Below, piece after piece: positions 30,432 through 39,983 of a DNA stretch of 64,000 nt. The translations under genes and the position numbers were made by a program. Source of the DNA: an uncultured Pseudomonadota bacterium (GTDB lineage Bacteria > Myxococcota_A > Polyangia > Fen-1088). Below the pieces are notes generated by a model that was not told the origin of the DNA, did not search any database, and saw only the letters and a program-made list of their open reading frames with translations. Location of the stretch: assembly GCA_963847705.1 (NCBI GenBank), contig CAWKBC010000027.1, forward strand, positions 352,001-416,000, read 5' to 3'. Every line of letters begins with the position of its first letter. The first letter of the stretch is position 1.

Positions 30432-32024
30432 ATGGGTAGAGCCGCAGCCGCCGACGATCACCTGGCGGGGATGTCCCCAGCACCGAGGCTCGCGCTGACA
30501 AATGTCAGCAAACGGTATCCAGGAGTTCAAGCCAACGATCGCATCAGCCTGACGGTCATGCCGGGCGAGATCCACGCCGTGCTCGGGGAGAACGGCGCCG
30601 GCAAGTCGACGCTGATGAAGATCATCTACGGCGCGGTGCGCCCCGACGCCGGCAGCCTGGCCTGGAACGGCGCGCCGGTGGCCATCCACAATCCGCGTCA
30701 GGCGCGCGCGCTGGGGATCGCCATGGTGTTCCAGCACTTCGCGCTGTTCGAGACGCTCACGGTCGCCGAGAACGTCTGGCTCGGCATCGACAAGAAGATG
30801 ACCCGCGCCGAGGTGGGGCGCGAGGTCGAGCGGGTGTCGGGCCTCTATGGCCTCGAGCTCGAGGCCGGGCGGATGGTGTCGAGCCTCTCGGTGGGGGAGC
30901 GCCAGCGGGTGGAGATCCTGCGCGCGCTCCTCACCAAACCGCAGCTGCTGATCCTCGACGAGCCGACCGCCGTGCTCACGCCGCAGATGGCGGAGCGGCT
31001 GTTCGTCACCTTGCGCCAGCTGGCCGGCGAAGGCTGTTCGATCGTCTACATCAGTCACAAGCTCGACGAGGTGCGCGCGCTCTGCACGCGCTGCACCGTC
31101 CTGCGCGCCGGGCGTGCCGTGGGCGCGGTCGATCCGCGCCTCGAGACCAACCGCAGCCTGTCGGAGCTGATGCTCGGCGCCGCACCGCCGGCGCCTCCGG
31201 TGCGCGCCGCGCGGATCGGCGAAGCCGCGCTGGAGGTGCGCGGCCTGTCATTGCCGTCGATCGACGAGCTGGGGGTGGCGCTCAAGGAGATCGGGCTTTC
31301 GGTCAGGAGCGGAGAGATCCTCGGCGTGGCTGGGGTCTCCGGCAACGGGCAGGCCGAGCTGCTCGCCGCTCTTTCGGGCGAGGACCGGCGCGCGCCCGCC
31401 GGCAGCGTCCGCCTGTTCGGTCGCGACGTGGCGTCCGCGGCGCCGCGGACGCGCCGCGCGCTGGGGCTCCACTTCATCCCCGAAGAACGGATCGGCCGCG
31501 GCTCGGTCCCGGGCCTGGCGCTGGCCGACAACACGCTCCTCACCCGGCGCGAGCCGGTGGGGAAGGGGGGGTGGTTGCACCGCGGCCGCGCCCGGCGGCT
31601 GGCCGCCAGCTTGATCGCGCGCTTCGGCGTCAGCGCGCGCGGGCCCGACGCGATCGCCGGGAGCCTCTCGGGCGGAAACCTGCAGAAGTTCATCGTCGGC
31701 CGCGAGGTGGGCGCCACGCCCAAGGTGCTGGTGGTGGGGCAGCCGACCTGGGGGCTCGATGTGGGCGCGGCGGCGCTGATTCGCCGCGAGATCGCCGCGC
31801 TCTGCGACGCGGGGGGCGCCGCGCTGATCGTCAGCGAGGATCTGGAAGAGCTGTTCGAGCTCTGCTCGGATCTGGTGGTGATCGCGCGTGGGCGATTGTC
31901 ACCGCGGATCGCGGTTCGCGACGCCAACCCCGCGCTCATCGGTCAGTGGATGAGCGGCCTGTTCGCCGAGACGGCGGGGCCGGAGGTGGCACCGATGGCG
32001 GCCGGCGTGGAGGCCCATGCTTAG
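30432..32024 (+). CDS. Purine/nucleoside ABC transporter ATP-binding protein (double NBD)
   Basis: GENGAGKST, ILDEPT, LSGGNLQK; start may be 30471. Confidence 0.92.
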   Translation: MGRAAAADDHLAGMSPAPRLALTNVSKRYPGVQANDRISLTVMPGEIHAVLGENGAGKSTLMKIIYGAVRPDAGSLAWNGAPVAIHNPRQARALGIAMVFQHFALFETLTVAENVWLGIDKKMTRAEVGREVERVSGLYGLELEAGRMVSSLSVGERQRVEILRALLTKPQLLILDEPTAVLTPQMAERLFVTLRQLAGEGCSIVYISHKLDEVRALCTRCTVLRAGRAVGAVDPRLETNRSLSELMLGAAPPAPPVRAARIGEAALEVRGLSLPSIDELGVALKEIGLSVRSGEILGVAGVSGNGQAELLAALSGEDRRAPAGSVRLFGRDVASAAPRTRRALGLHFIPEERIGRGSVPGLALADNTLLTRREPVGKGGWLHRGRARRLAASLIARFGVSARGPDAIAGSLSGGNLQKFIVGREVGATPKVLVVGQPTWGLDVGAAALIRREIAALCDAGGAALIVSEDLEELFELCSDLVVIARGRLSPRIAVRDANPALIGQWMSGLFAETAGPEVAPMAAGVEAHA

Positions 32025-33111
32025 GTTGGTGCTTCGCTCGCCACCGTCACGGGCGCTGACGCTGGCGGCGCCCTTCGTGGCGCTGGCCCTGACCGTGCTC
32101 TTCGGCGCGGTCCTCTTCCTGGCCCTCGGCCATCCGCCCGGGCAGGCGCTGGCGCTGTTCTTCCTCGAGCCGCTGCGCGGCGCTGATGCCTGGAGCGAGC
32201 TGGCGGTCAAGGCGACGCCGCTCGCGCTGGTGGCGCTGGGGCTGGCCATCTGTTTCCGGGCCAACGTCTGGAACATCGGCGCCGAAGGGCAATTCATCGT
32301 CGGGGCGTTGGGGGCGACGGCGGTGGCGATGCGGGCGCATGAAGGAACGCACGCCGCGGTCATCTTGCCCGCCATCGCGCTGGCCGGGATCGCGGCGGGC
32401 GCGGCCTGGGCGGCGGTGGTGGCGTTCCTGCGCGATCGCTGGAACGCCAACGAGATCCTGGTGAGCCTGATGCTGGTCTACGTGGCCGACATGCTCCTCG
32501 GGTATCTGACCTACGGCCCCTGGAAGGATCCCGACGGCTACAACTTTCCACAGACGATCAGCTTCCTGCCCGTCACGCAGGTCCCGCTGCTGGCCGAGGG
32601 GCACCGCGCCCACGTCGGTCTGTTCGTGGCGTTGTTGGTGGCGCTGGTGGCCTGGCTCTTCCTGTTTCGAACCTATGGCGGCTTCCAGCTGACGGTGGGC
32701 GGTCAGGCGCCGCGGGCGGCGCGGTACGCCGGCTTCTCGGCGCGCCGCTCGCTCTGGACCGCTCTCCTCTGTTCGGGCGGCCTGGCCGGGTTGGCCGGCG
32801 CGCTGGAGGTGACCGGCCCGCTCGGGCAGCTGACGCCGCACCTGCCGGTCGGCTACGGGTTCACGGGGATCATCGTGGCGTTCGTCGGGCGCCTGCACCC
32901 GCTCGGCATCCTGCTCTCGTCGATCCTGATGAGCATGCTCTACATCGGCGGCGAGCTGGCGCAGTCGCGCCTCGGCCTGCCGCAGGCGCTCTCGGGCGTG
33001 TTTCAGGGGCTCTTGCTGTTCACGCTGCTCGCCTGCGACGCCCTGGCGAGCTACCGGGTGCTGCGCGTGACGCCGCAATCTCGGGGCGAGAAAACGGTGG
33101 TGGCGGCCTAG
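32017..33111 (+). CDS. Purine/nucleoside ABC permease
   Basis: WNIGAEGQ, NEILVSLML, GYGFTGI. Confidence 0.92.
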   Translation: MLRLVLRSPPSRALTLAAPFVALALTVLFGAVLFLALGHPPGQALALFFLEPLRGADAWSELAVKATPLALVALGLAICFRANVWNIGAEGQFIVGALGATAVAMRAHEGTHAAVILPAIALAGIAAGAAWAAVVAFLRDRWNANEILVSLMLVYVADMLLGYLTYGPWKDPDGYNFPQTISFLPVTQVPLLAEGHRAHVGLFVALLVALVAWLFLFRTYGGFQLTVGGQAPRAARYAGFSARRSLWTALLCSGGLAGLAGALEVTGPLGQLTPHLPVGYGFTGIIVAFVGRLHPLGILLSSILMSMLYIGGELAQSRLGLPQALSGVFQGLLLFTLLACDALASYRVLRVTPQSRGEKTVVAA

Positions 33112-34037
33112 TGGGCGGTTTGGCGCTCATGCTGGCGGCCTCCGTCAACGCGGGGACGGTGCTGGCGCTGGCGGGCCTCGGCCTGCTGGTCAACGAACGG
33201 GCCGGCGTCCTGAACCTGGGCGCCGAGGGGATGATGCTGATGGGCGCGCTGGCCGGCTACGCGACGGCGCTGCACCTCTCGGGCGGGTGGATGTTCCTGG
33301 CCTATCTCGCCGCCGCGGGCGCGGGGGCGGCGATGGCGGCGCTGTTCGGCTGGCTGGCCATCGGGATCGGCACCAACCAGTACGCGACCGGGTTGGCGCT
33401 CAGCCTGTTCGGCGTCGGCTTCTCCGCCTTCGCCGGCGCGTCGTTCGTCGACAAGCAGCTCCCCGAGCGTGGCCGCGACGGGCTCCCCTGGCTGCGCGAT
33501 CTGCCGGTGGTGGGGCCGGCGCTGTTCGGCTACCACCCGCTCGTCTACGCGACCCTGCTCCTCGCCGCGGCGCTCGCCTGGTTCTTCTTCCGGTCGCGCG
33601 CGGGGCTCCTGCTTCGGGCCGTGGGCGAATCGCCCGAGTCGGCGCACGCGCTCGGGCACCGCGTGCGCGCGATCCGGTTGGCGGCGGTGATCTTCGGCGG
33701 GGCCATGTGCGGCCTGGCCGGGGCCTACGTCTCGCTCGCCTACACGCACCTGTGGGTCGAGAACCTGATCGCCGGTCGCGGGTGGATCGCGCTGGCGCTG
33801 ACCACCTTCGCGACCTGGCGGCCGGCGCGAATCATCCTCGGCGCCTACCTCTTCGGTGGGCTCACCATGTTGCAGTTCCACCTGCAGGAGCGGGGCGTCC
33901 AGATCGAGAGCCACCTCCTCGGCATGATCCCCTACCTCGCCACTGTCGTGGTGCTGGTGCTGATCTCGCGCCGCGCCGCCTGGATTCGCCACAACATGCC
34001 CGCCTCGCTGGGCCGCATCTTTCGACCGGGCACCTGA
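33111..34037 (+). CDS. Purine/nucleoside ABC permease
   Basis: ERAGVLNLGAEG, RAVGESP, GRGWIALAL. Confidence 0.92.
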   Translation: MGGLALMLAASVNAGTVLALAGLGLLVNERAGVLNLGAEGMMLMGALAGYATALHLSGGWMFLAYLAAAGAGAAMAALFGWLAIGIGTNQYATGLALSLFGVGFSAFAGASFVDKQLPERGRDGLPWLRDLPVVGPALFGYHPLVYATLLLAAALAWFFFRSRAGLLLRAVGESPESAHALGHRVRAIRLAAVIFGGAMCGLAGAYVSLAYTHLWVENLIAGRGWIALALTTFATWRPARIILGAYLFGGLTMLQFHLQERGVQIESHLLGMIPYLATVVVLVLISRRAAWIRHNMPASLGRIFRPGT

Positions 34038-34091
34038 CGGAGCCGACCAATCAACGCACGTACAACCGCCGCGCAACCAGGAGACAACCGA

Positions 34092-35195
34092 ATGCACAAG
34101 CGACGTTCCCGACCTTCACTGTTCTTTGGTCTGCTGACTCTGACGCTCGCGCTTGCCGTCGTCGGGTACGGCGGCGCCGAGGCGGCCGGGCCGCTCAAGA
34201 TCGGGTTCGCCTACGTCGGCCCGGTCGGCGACGCCGGTTGGACCTTCGCGCACGACAAGGCCCGCAAGGCGGTGGAGGCGGAGTTCGGCCCCAAGGTCAC
34301 CACGATCTTCGTGGAGAACGTCCCCGAGGCGGCCGACGCCGAGCGGGTGCTGCGCGACATGGTCAAGCAGGGCTGCGGCCTCATCTTCGGCACGACCTTC
34401 GGCTACATGGGGCCGATGTTGAAGGTGGCGGCGACGGCGCCGACCGTGAAGTTCGAGCACGCCACGGGATACAAGACCGCGCCCAACCTGAGCACCTATG
34501 ACTCGCGCACCTATGAGGGGGCCTACATGGCCGGCGTGATCGCGGGCGGGATGACCAAGACCAACACGCTCGGCGTGGTGGCGTCGATCCCCATCCCCGA
34601 GGTCATTCGCAACATCGACTCCTTCACCCTGGGCGCCCAGAGCGTCAACCCCAAGGTCACCACCCGGGTGGTCTGGGTCAACAAGTGGTTCGACCCGCCC
34701 AAGGAGAGCGAGGGGGCGCTGGCGCTCATGAACGACGGCGCCGACGTGCTGATGCAGAACACCGACTCGTCGGCGGTCCTGCAGGCGGCCGAGAAGGCCG
34801 GCAAGCACGCCTTCGGCTGGGACTCCGACATGGCCAAGTACGGCCCCAAGGCCCACCTGGGGTCGGCGGTGATCAACTGGGCGCCCTACTACAAGAAGTC
34901 GGTCAAGGACGTCCTCGACGGGACCTGGAAGTCCGGGCAGACCTGGTGGGGGGTCAAGGAAGGGGCGATCGATCTGGTCTCCGTCTCGCCGGCGGTGCCG
35001 GCGGCGCTCAAGAAGAAGCTCGAGACCGTCAAGGCCGGCCTCAAGAGCGGCACCTACGCGATCTGGAAGGGGCCGATCGTCGACCAGGACGGCAAGACCG
35101 TGCTCAAGGCGGGCGAGACGGCCGACGACAAGTTCCTGCACGGGATCAACTTCTACGTGACCGGCGTGCAGGGAAAGTTGCCCAGCTCCAAATAG
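34092..35195 (+). CDS. BMP-family ABC substrate-binding protein
   Basis: Signal peptide; YVGPVGDAGWTFAHD, GTTFGY, WFDPPKE, QNTDS. Confidence 0.93.
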   Translation: MHKRRSRPSLFFGLLTLTLALAVVGYGGAEAAGPLKIGFAYVGPVGDAGWTFAHDKARKAVEAEFGPKVTTIFVENVPEAADAERVLRDMVKQGCGLIFGTTFGYMGPMLKVAATAPTVKFEHATGYKTAPNLSTYDSRTYEGAYMAGVIAGGMTKTNTLGVVASIPIPEVIRNIDSFTLGAQSVNPKVTTRVVWVNKWFDPPKESEGALALMNDGADVLMQNTDSSAVLQAAEKAGKHAFGWDSDMAKYGPKAHLGSAVINWAPYYKKSVKDVLDGTWKSGQTWWGVKEGAIDLVSVSPAVPAALKKKLETVKAGLKSGTYAIWKGPIVDQDGKTVLKAGETADDKFLHGINFYVTGVQGKLPSSK

Positions 35196-35211
35196 CGGAC
35201 AGGATGACCTG

Positions 35212-36654
35212 GTGAACTCTGGCGACGCGCTCGACCGACACGCCGCGCGCGTGCGCCAGGAGCTGGAGCTCCTCGACTACCCGCGGCGGCCCTGGATGCC
35301 CAACCGGATGTCCAACCTGGGCGGCGCGGGCGGGGCGTCGGGTCAGGAGGTCGTCGACGTCCTGATCGTCGGCGCGGGGCAGGGCGGTCTGACGGCGGCG
35401 TTCGGCCTTTCGCGCGAGCGCGTCTCCAACCTGCTGGTCGTCGACGAGAACCCGCTCGACCGCGCCGGGCCCTGGCTCAACTTCGCGCGCATGCGCACGC
35501 TGCGCACGCCCAAGTACGTCACGGGGCCGGATCTTGGCGTCCCCAGCCTCACGCCACGCGCCTGGTACGAGGCGCAGCACGGCGCCGGCAGCTGGGAGGC
35601 GCTGGGGCTCATCCCCAAGGAGACCTGGGCGGCGTACCTGGCCTGGTACCGGCAGACGCTGGAGATTCCGGTGCGCCCAGATACGCGCGTGGGTGCGTTG
35701 CGCTGGAACGCGGCCGCGGCGGCCTGGGACGTGCCGGTCACCGACGCGCGCGGCGGCGGTGGCGGGGAGACGTTGCGCGCGCGGCGGGTCGTGCTGGCGA
35801 CGGGGATCGACGGGTCGGGGCAGTGGGAGATCCCCGCGATGATCCGCGACGGCCTGCCGCCGCGGCTCTACGCGCACACCCGCCAGGAGATCGACTTCGC
35901 GGCGCTGGCCGGCAAGCGCGTGGCGGTGCTGGGGGCGGGCGCCTCCGCCTTCGACAACGCCGCGACCGCGCTCGAGCGGGGCGCGGGCGAGGTGGTCCTC
36001 TGCTTTCGCCGCCCCAGCCTGGTCAACGTCAACGCCTACCGCTGGGCCGAGTTCGTGGGGTTCCTGCGCCACCTCGGCGATCTCCCCGACGTCGACAAGT
36101 GGCGCTTCATCCGGCAGATCGTGCGGATGGGACAGCTTCCTCCGGCAGACACGGTCAAGCGCGCCCGCGGGCACGCCGGCTTCCGGTTGCACGCGGGCTG
36201 CGCCTGGAGCGCCGTCGAGGCGCGCGGCGACACCGTCGTCATCCGCTCCGCCGGCGGCGAGACCCACGAGGTCGACTTCGTCATCGTCGGCACCGGCTTC
36301 GTCACCGATCTCGCCCGGCGGCCGGAGCTGCGCGAGGTGGAGCCGCACATCGCCCGCTGGTCGGATCGTTTTTCACCGCCTCCCGGAGAGGTCTCCGACG
36401 ATCTGCTGCGCCACCCGTACCTGGGCCCCGGGTTCGAGCACACCGAGAAGGTGCCGGGCGCGGCGCCCTACCTGAAGTACCTCTACAACTACACCTTCGG
36501 TGGCCTCTTGAGTCTGGGCTTCGGTGGCGCCAGCATCTCGGGGATGAAGTATTCAATCCCGCGCCTGGTGGGGGGCATCACCGGCTCGTTCTTCGTCGAG
36601 GATCGCGACACGCACTTCGACAGTCTGCGCACCTTCGCCGAGACGGAGTTCTAG
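35212..36654 (+). CDS. hpyO: FAD-dependent urate hydroxylase (HpyO-like)
   Basis: GAGQGG, GPWLNFARMRTLRTPK, ATGIDGSG, GAGASAFDNA, HPYLG; sits before allB-alc-uraD-uraH. Confidence 0.75.
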   Translation: MNSGDALDRHAARVRQELELLDYPRRPWMPNRMSNLGGAGGASGQEVVDVLIVGAGQGGLTAAFGLSRERVSNLLVVDENPLDRAGPWLNFARMRTLRTPKYVTGPDLGVPSLTPRAWYEAQHGAGSWEALGLIPKETWAAYLAWYRQTLEIPVRPDTRVGALRWNAAAAAWDVPVTDARGGGGGETLRARRVVLATGIDGSGQWEIPAMIRDGLPPRLYAHTRQEIDFAALAGKRVAVLGAGASAFDNAATALERGAGEVVLCFRRPSLVNVNAYRWAEFVGFLRHLGDLPDVDKWRFIRQIVRMGQLPPADTVKRARGHAGFRLHAGCAWSAVEARGDTVVIRSAGGETHEVDFVIVGTGFVTDLARRPELREVEPHIARWSDRFSPPPGEVSDDLLRHPYLGPGFEHTEKVPGAAPYLKYLYNYTFGGLLSLGFGGASISGMKYSIPRLVGGITGSFFVEDRDTHFDSLRTFAETEF

Positions 36655-38072
36655 TGGCCCGCACCATCGGCGCGCGCGCCCACCTGGCCAAGCTGACCGC
36701 CCACCCGGGCCTCTGGGGGCTCCGCAGCCGGCGCATCGTCGGACCGGACGGGCGCATCCGTCCCGGCACCGTGCTGATCGAGGAGGGGCGCATCCGCGCG
36801 CTCGTCTCCCGGCCGGCGACCGCCACGGTGCCGCCGGACATCCCGGTGGAGGACCTCGGCACGCGGGTGATCGCGCCGGGGCTGGTCGACTGCCACGTCC
36901 ACGTCAACGAGCCGGGACGCACCGACTGGGAGGGGTTCGCCACCGCGACCCGGGCGGCGGCCGCGGGCGGCGTCACCACGCTGGTCGACATGCCGCTCAA
37001 CTGCCTCCCGGTCACCACGACGCGCGCCGCCCTCGAGGAGAAGCGGCGCGCCGCCAGCGGGCAGCTTCACGTCGACGTCGGTTTTTGGGGGGGCGTGATC
37101 CCGGGGAACGCGGGCGAGCTGGCCGAGCTCGCCGCGGGCGGCGCGCTCGGCTGCAAGGCCTTCCTCGTTCACTCGGGCATCGAAGAGTTTCCCAACGCCA
37201 CCGAGGCCGATCTGCGCGCGGCCATGCCGGTGCTGCGCGACGCGGGGCTGCCGCTCCTGGTGCACGCCGAGCTCGATCTGGGCGATGTCCCCGCAACTGG
37301 CGGTGAGGACCCGCGCGCCTATGCGGGCTACCTGCGCTCGCGGCCGGCCGCCTGGGAGGACGCGGCGATCGCGCTCCTCATCAAGCTCGCCCGCGAGACC
37401 GGTTGCGCCGTCCACGTCGTCCACCTCTCCTCGGCGGCCTCGGTGAACCAGATCGCCCGCGCGAAGGCCGACGGGCTGCACTTCACCGCAGAGACCTGCC
37501 CGCACTACCTCTGTCTCGAGGCGGAGTCGGTGCCCGACGGCGCGACCGAGTACAAGTGCGCGCCGCCGATCCGCGACCACGAGAATCGTGAGGCGCTGTG
37601 GCGGGGGCTGAAGGACGGCGTCATCGATTTCGTGGTGACCGATCACAGCCCCTGCACGCCGGCCCTGAAAGGGCGGGAGCGGGGAGACTTCGCGAAGGCC
37701 TGGGGCGGGATCGCCTCGCTGCAGCTGGGGTTGCCGGCGGTCTGGACGGAAGCGACCCGGCGCGGCCACAGCCTGAGCGACATCTCCGCCTGGATGAGCG
37801 CGCGTCCCGCGGCGCTGGCGGGGCTCGGGCGGCGCAAAGGGCAGATCGCCCCCGGCTTCGACGCCGATCTGGTGGTCTGGGATCCCGAGGCAGAGATCGA
37901 GGTCGACGCCGAGCATCTGCAGTTTCGCCACAAGGTCTCGCCTTATCTGGGGCAGCACCTCAAGGGGCGCGTCGAGGCGACGTTTCTCCGGGGCCGACTG
38001 GCCTACGACGGCAGCGGTCATCCCGCAGGCCCGGTGGGCGCGCCGATCCTGGGCCGGGACACCCGCGCATGA
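36654..38072 (+). CDS. allB: Allantoinase
   Basis: DCHVHVNEPGRTDWEGF, DMPLN, HAE, HLSS, ETCPHYL, KCAPPIR, TDHSP. Confidence 0.93.
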   Translation: MARTIGARAHLAKLTAHPGLWGLRSRRIVGPDGRIRPGTVLIEEGRIRALVSRPATATVPPDIPVEDLGTRVIAPGLVDCHVHVNEPGRTDWEGFATATRAAAAGGVTTLVDMPLNCLPVTTTRAALEEKRRAASGQLHVDVGFWGGVIPGNAGELAELAAGGALGCKAFLVHSGIEEFPNATEADLRAAMPVLRDAGLPLLVHAELDLGDVPATGGEDPRAYAGYLRSRPAAWEDAAIALLIKLARETGCAVHVVHLSSAASVNQIARAKADGLHFTAETCPHYLCLEAESVPDGATEYKCAPPIRDHENREALWRGLKDGVIDFVVTDHSPCTPALKGRERGDFAKAWGGIASLQLGLPAVWTEATRRGHSLSDISAWMSARPAALAGLGRRKGQIAPGFDADLVVWDPEAEIEVDAEHLQFRHKVSPYLGQHLKGRVEATFLRGRLAYDGSGHPAGPVGAPILGRDTRA

Positions 38073-39148
38073 GCTCCTCGTCCAGCTCGCCCGCCGCCAC
38101 GTTCTCCGGCCTGGTCGATCTGGCCGCCGCTGGGCTGGGCGGGCGGGCGCTCGGCGCCAGCGACGATTTCTTCGCCGGCGCGGACAATCTGCTGCAACCG
38201 GAGCGCGCGATCTTCATCGCGGGGAAATTCACCGAACGCGGCAAATGGATGGACGGCTGGGAGAGCCGGCGCCGGCGCACGAGCGGGCGCGAACTCGGCC
38301 ACGACTGGTGTGTCCTGGCGCTGGGCGCCCCGGGCGAGGTCGTCGGCTTCGACATCGACACCCAGCACTTCGTGGGGAACCACCCGCCCTTCGCCTCGGT
38401 CGAAGGTCTGTGGGCGCCCGACGCCGCGGAGGGGGCCGCCGCGCTGCTGGCGCACCCAGGCTGGGTCGCGTTGCTCGAGCAGTCCCCCCTGCGCCCCGAC
38501 GCGCAGAACCTGTTCGCGGCGCTCGGGCGTGGGCCGGTGAGCCACCTGCGGCTGAACATCTTCCCCGACGGCGGCGTGGCCCGCTTTCGCGCGTTCGGAC
38601 GGGTTCACCCGCGCTGGGATGCGGCGCCCGCGCTCGACGAGGAGACGCGCGCTCAGGTGGCCCCCGAGCTGCGCGATCTGGCGGCGCTGGCCAACGGTGG
38701 GCTGACGCTGGCCTGCTCCGACGCGCACTTCGGCCCGATGAACAACCTGCTCCTGCCGGGGCGCCCCGCCGACATGGGCGGCGGCTGGGAGACGCGGCGC
38801 CGGCGCGGCCCCGGATACGACTGGATCCTCGTCAAGCTGGGCGCGCGCGGCGCGCCCGCCGTCGTCGAGGTCGACACCCGGCACTTCAAGGGGAACTTTC
38901 CCGATCGCTGCTCGCTGGAGGCGATCGACGCGCCCGCCGGCGCGCGCATCACCGACCTGGTCGGCTCGGACGCCTGGCGGCCGCTGGTGCCGGAGGCGAA
39001 GTTGCGGGCCGACGCGCGTCACTTCTTCACGGTGGCGGGCGCGCGCTCGGCCGGTGGGGCGGACCCCTCGGTGACCCACGTGCGCCTCAACATCTTTCCC
39101 GACGGCGGCGTGGCGCGGCTGCGTGTCTGGGGGCGACCGGATGTCTGA
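38069..39148 (+). CDS. alc: Allantoicase
   Basis: Duplicated domain: SDDFF, MDGWESRRRR / GWETRRRR, RLNIFPDGGVAR twice. Confidence 0.95.
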   Translation: MSSSSSSPAATFSGLVDLAAAGLGGRALGASDDFFAGADNLLQPERAIFIAGKFTERGKWMDGWESRRRRTSGRELGHDWCVLALGAPGEVVGFDIDTQHFVGNHPPFASVEGLWAPDAAEGAAALLAHPGWVALLEQSPLRPDAQNLFAALGRGPVSHLRLNIFPDGGVARFRAFGRVHPRWDAAPALDEETRAQVAPELRDLAALANGGLTLACSDAHFGPMNNLLLPGRPADMGGGWETRRRRGPGYDWILVKLGARGAPAVVEVDTRHFKGNFPDRCSLEAIDAPAGARITDLVGSDAWRPLVPEAKLRADARHFFTVAGARSAGGADPSVTHVRLNIFPDGGVARLRVWGRPDV

Positions 39149-39635
39149 CCCCCACACGGCGCTCAACGCGCTGCCGGCCGACGAGGCCCGCGCCGCGCTG
39201 GCCCGCTGCTGCGGCTCGGCGCGCTGGGTCGCCGGCATGATGGCGCGGCGCCCCTGGGCGACGGCGGCCGCGCTCTTCGCCGACGCGGAGGCCACCTGGG
39301 CCGGGCTCGCGCGCGACGATGTTCTGGAGGCGTTCGCCCACCACCCGCGCATCGGCGCGCGCGCCGAGCAAACGGACGATGCCTGGGCACGCCAGGAGCA
39401 GGCGCGGGTCGCCGACGCCGACGGTGAAACGCGGCGCGCGCTGCTCGAGGCCAACGAGCAGTACCTGCAGCGCTTCGGCTACATCTTCATCGTGTGCGCC
39501 ACGGGGAAGAGCGCCGGCGAGATGCTGGGCCTGCTCGGGGCACGCCTGGGCAACGCTCCGGAGCGCGAGCTGGCGATCGCCGCCGGCGAACAGGCGCGCA
39601 TCACCCGATTGCGTCTGGAGAAGCTCGCCGCATGA
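39141..39635 (+). CDS. uraD: OHCU decarboxylase
   Basis: CCGSARWV, AFAHHPRIG, QEQ, RFGYIFIVCATG, EQARIT. Confidence 0.93.
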   Translation: MSDPHTALNALPADEARAALARCCGSARWVAGMMARRPWATAAALFADAEATWAGLARDDVLEAFAHHPRIGARAEQTDDAWARQEQARVADADGETRRALLEANEQYLQRFGYIFIVCATGKSAGEMLGLLGARLGNAPERELAIAAGEQARITRLRLEKLAA

Positions 39636-39970
39636 ATTCACTCACCTCGCATGTCCTGGACGTCGCTCTCGGTCAGCCGGCGCGCGGCGTGACGCTGCGC
39701 CTGGAGGTGCTGGAAGGGACGAGCTGGCGATCCCTCGGCGCCGGCGTCACCGACGCCGACGGCCGCCCCGGCGACCTGCTGGCCGGCGCCCCGCTCCAGG
39801 CGCGCACCTACCGCCTGACGTTCGAGACCGGAGCCTACTTCGCCGCCACCGGGCGGCGCTCGTTCTACCCGCGGGTCGAGGTCACCTTCGACGTGGCGAC
39901 GCCGGCCGAGCATCATCACGTTCCGCTGCTCCTGTCGCCGTTCGGCTACTCGACCTACCGCGGGAGCTGA
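39632..39970 (+). CDS. uraH: 5-hydroxyisourate hydrolase (transthyretin-like)
   Basis: SHVLD, TDADGR, HHHVPLLLSPFGYSTYRGS C-terminus. Confidence 0.96.
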   Translation: MNSLTSHVLDVALGQPARGVTLRLEVLEGTSWRSLGAGVTDADGRPGDLLAGAPLQARTYRLTFETGAYFAATGRRSFYPRVEVTFDVATPAEHHHVPLLLSPFGYSTYRGS

Positions 39971-39983
39971 GGAGAGCCATCCG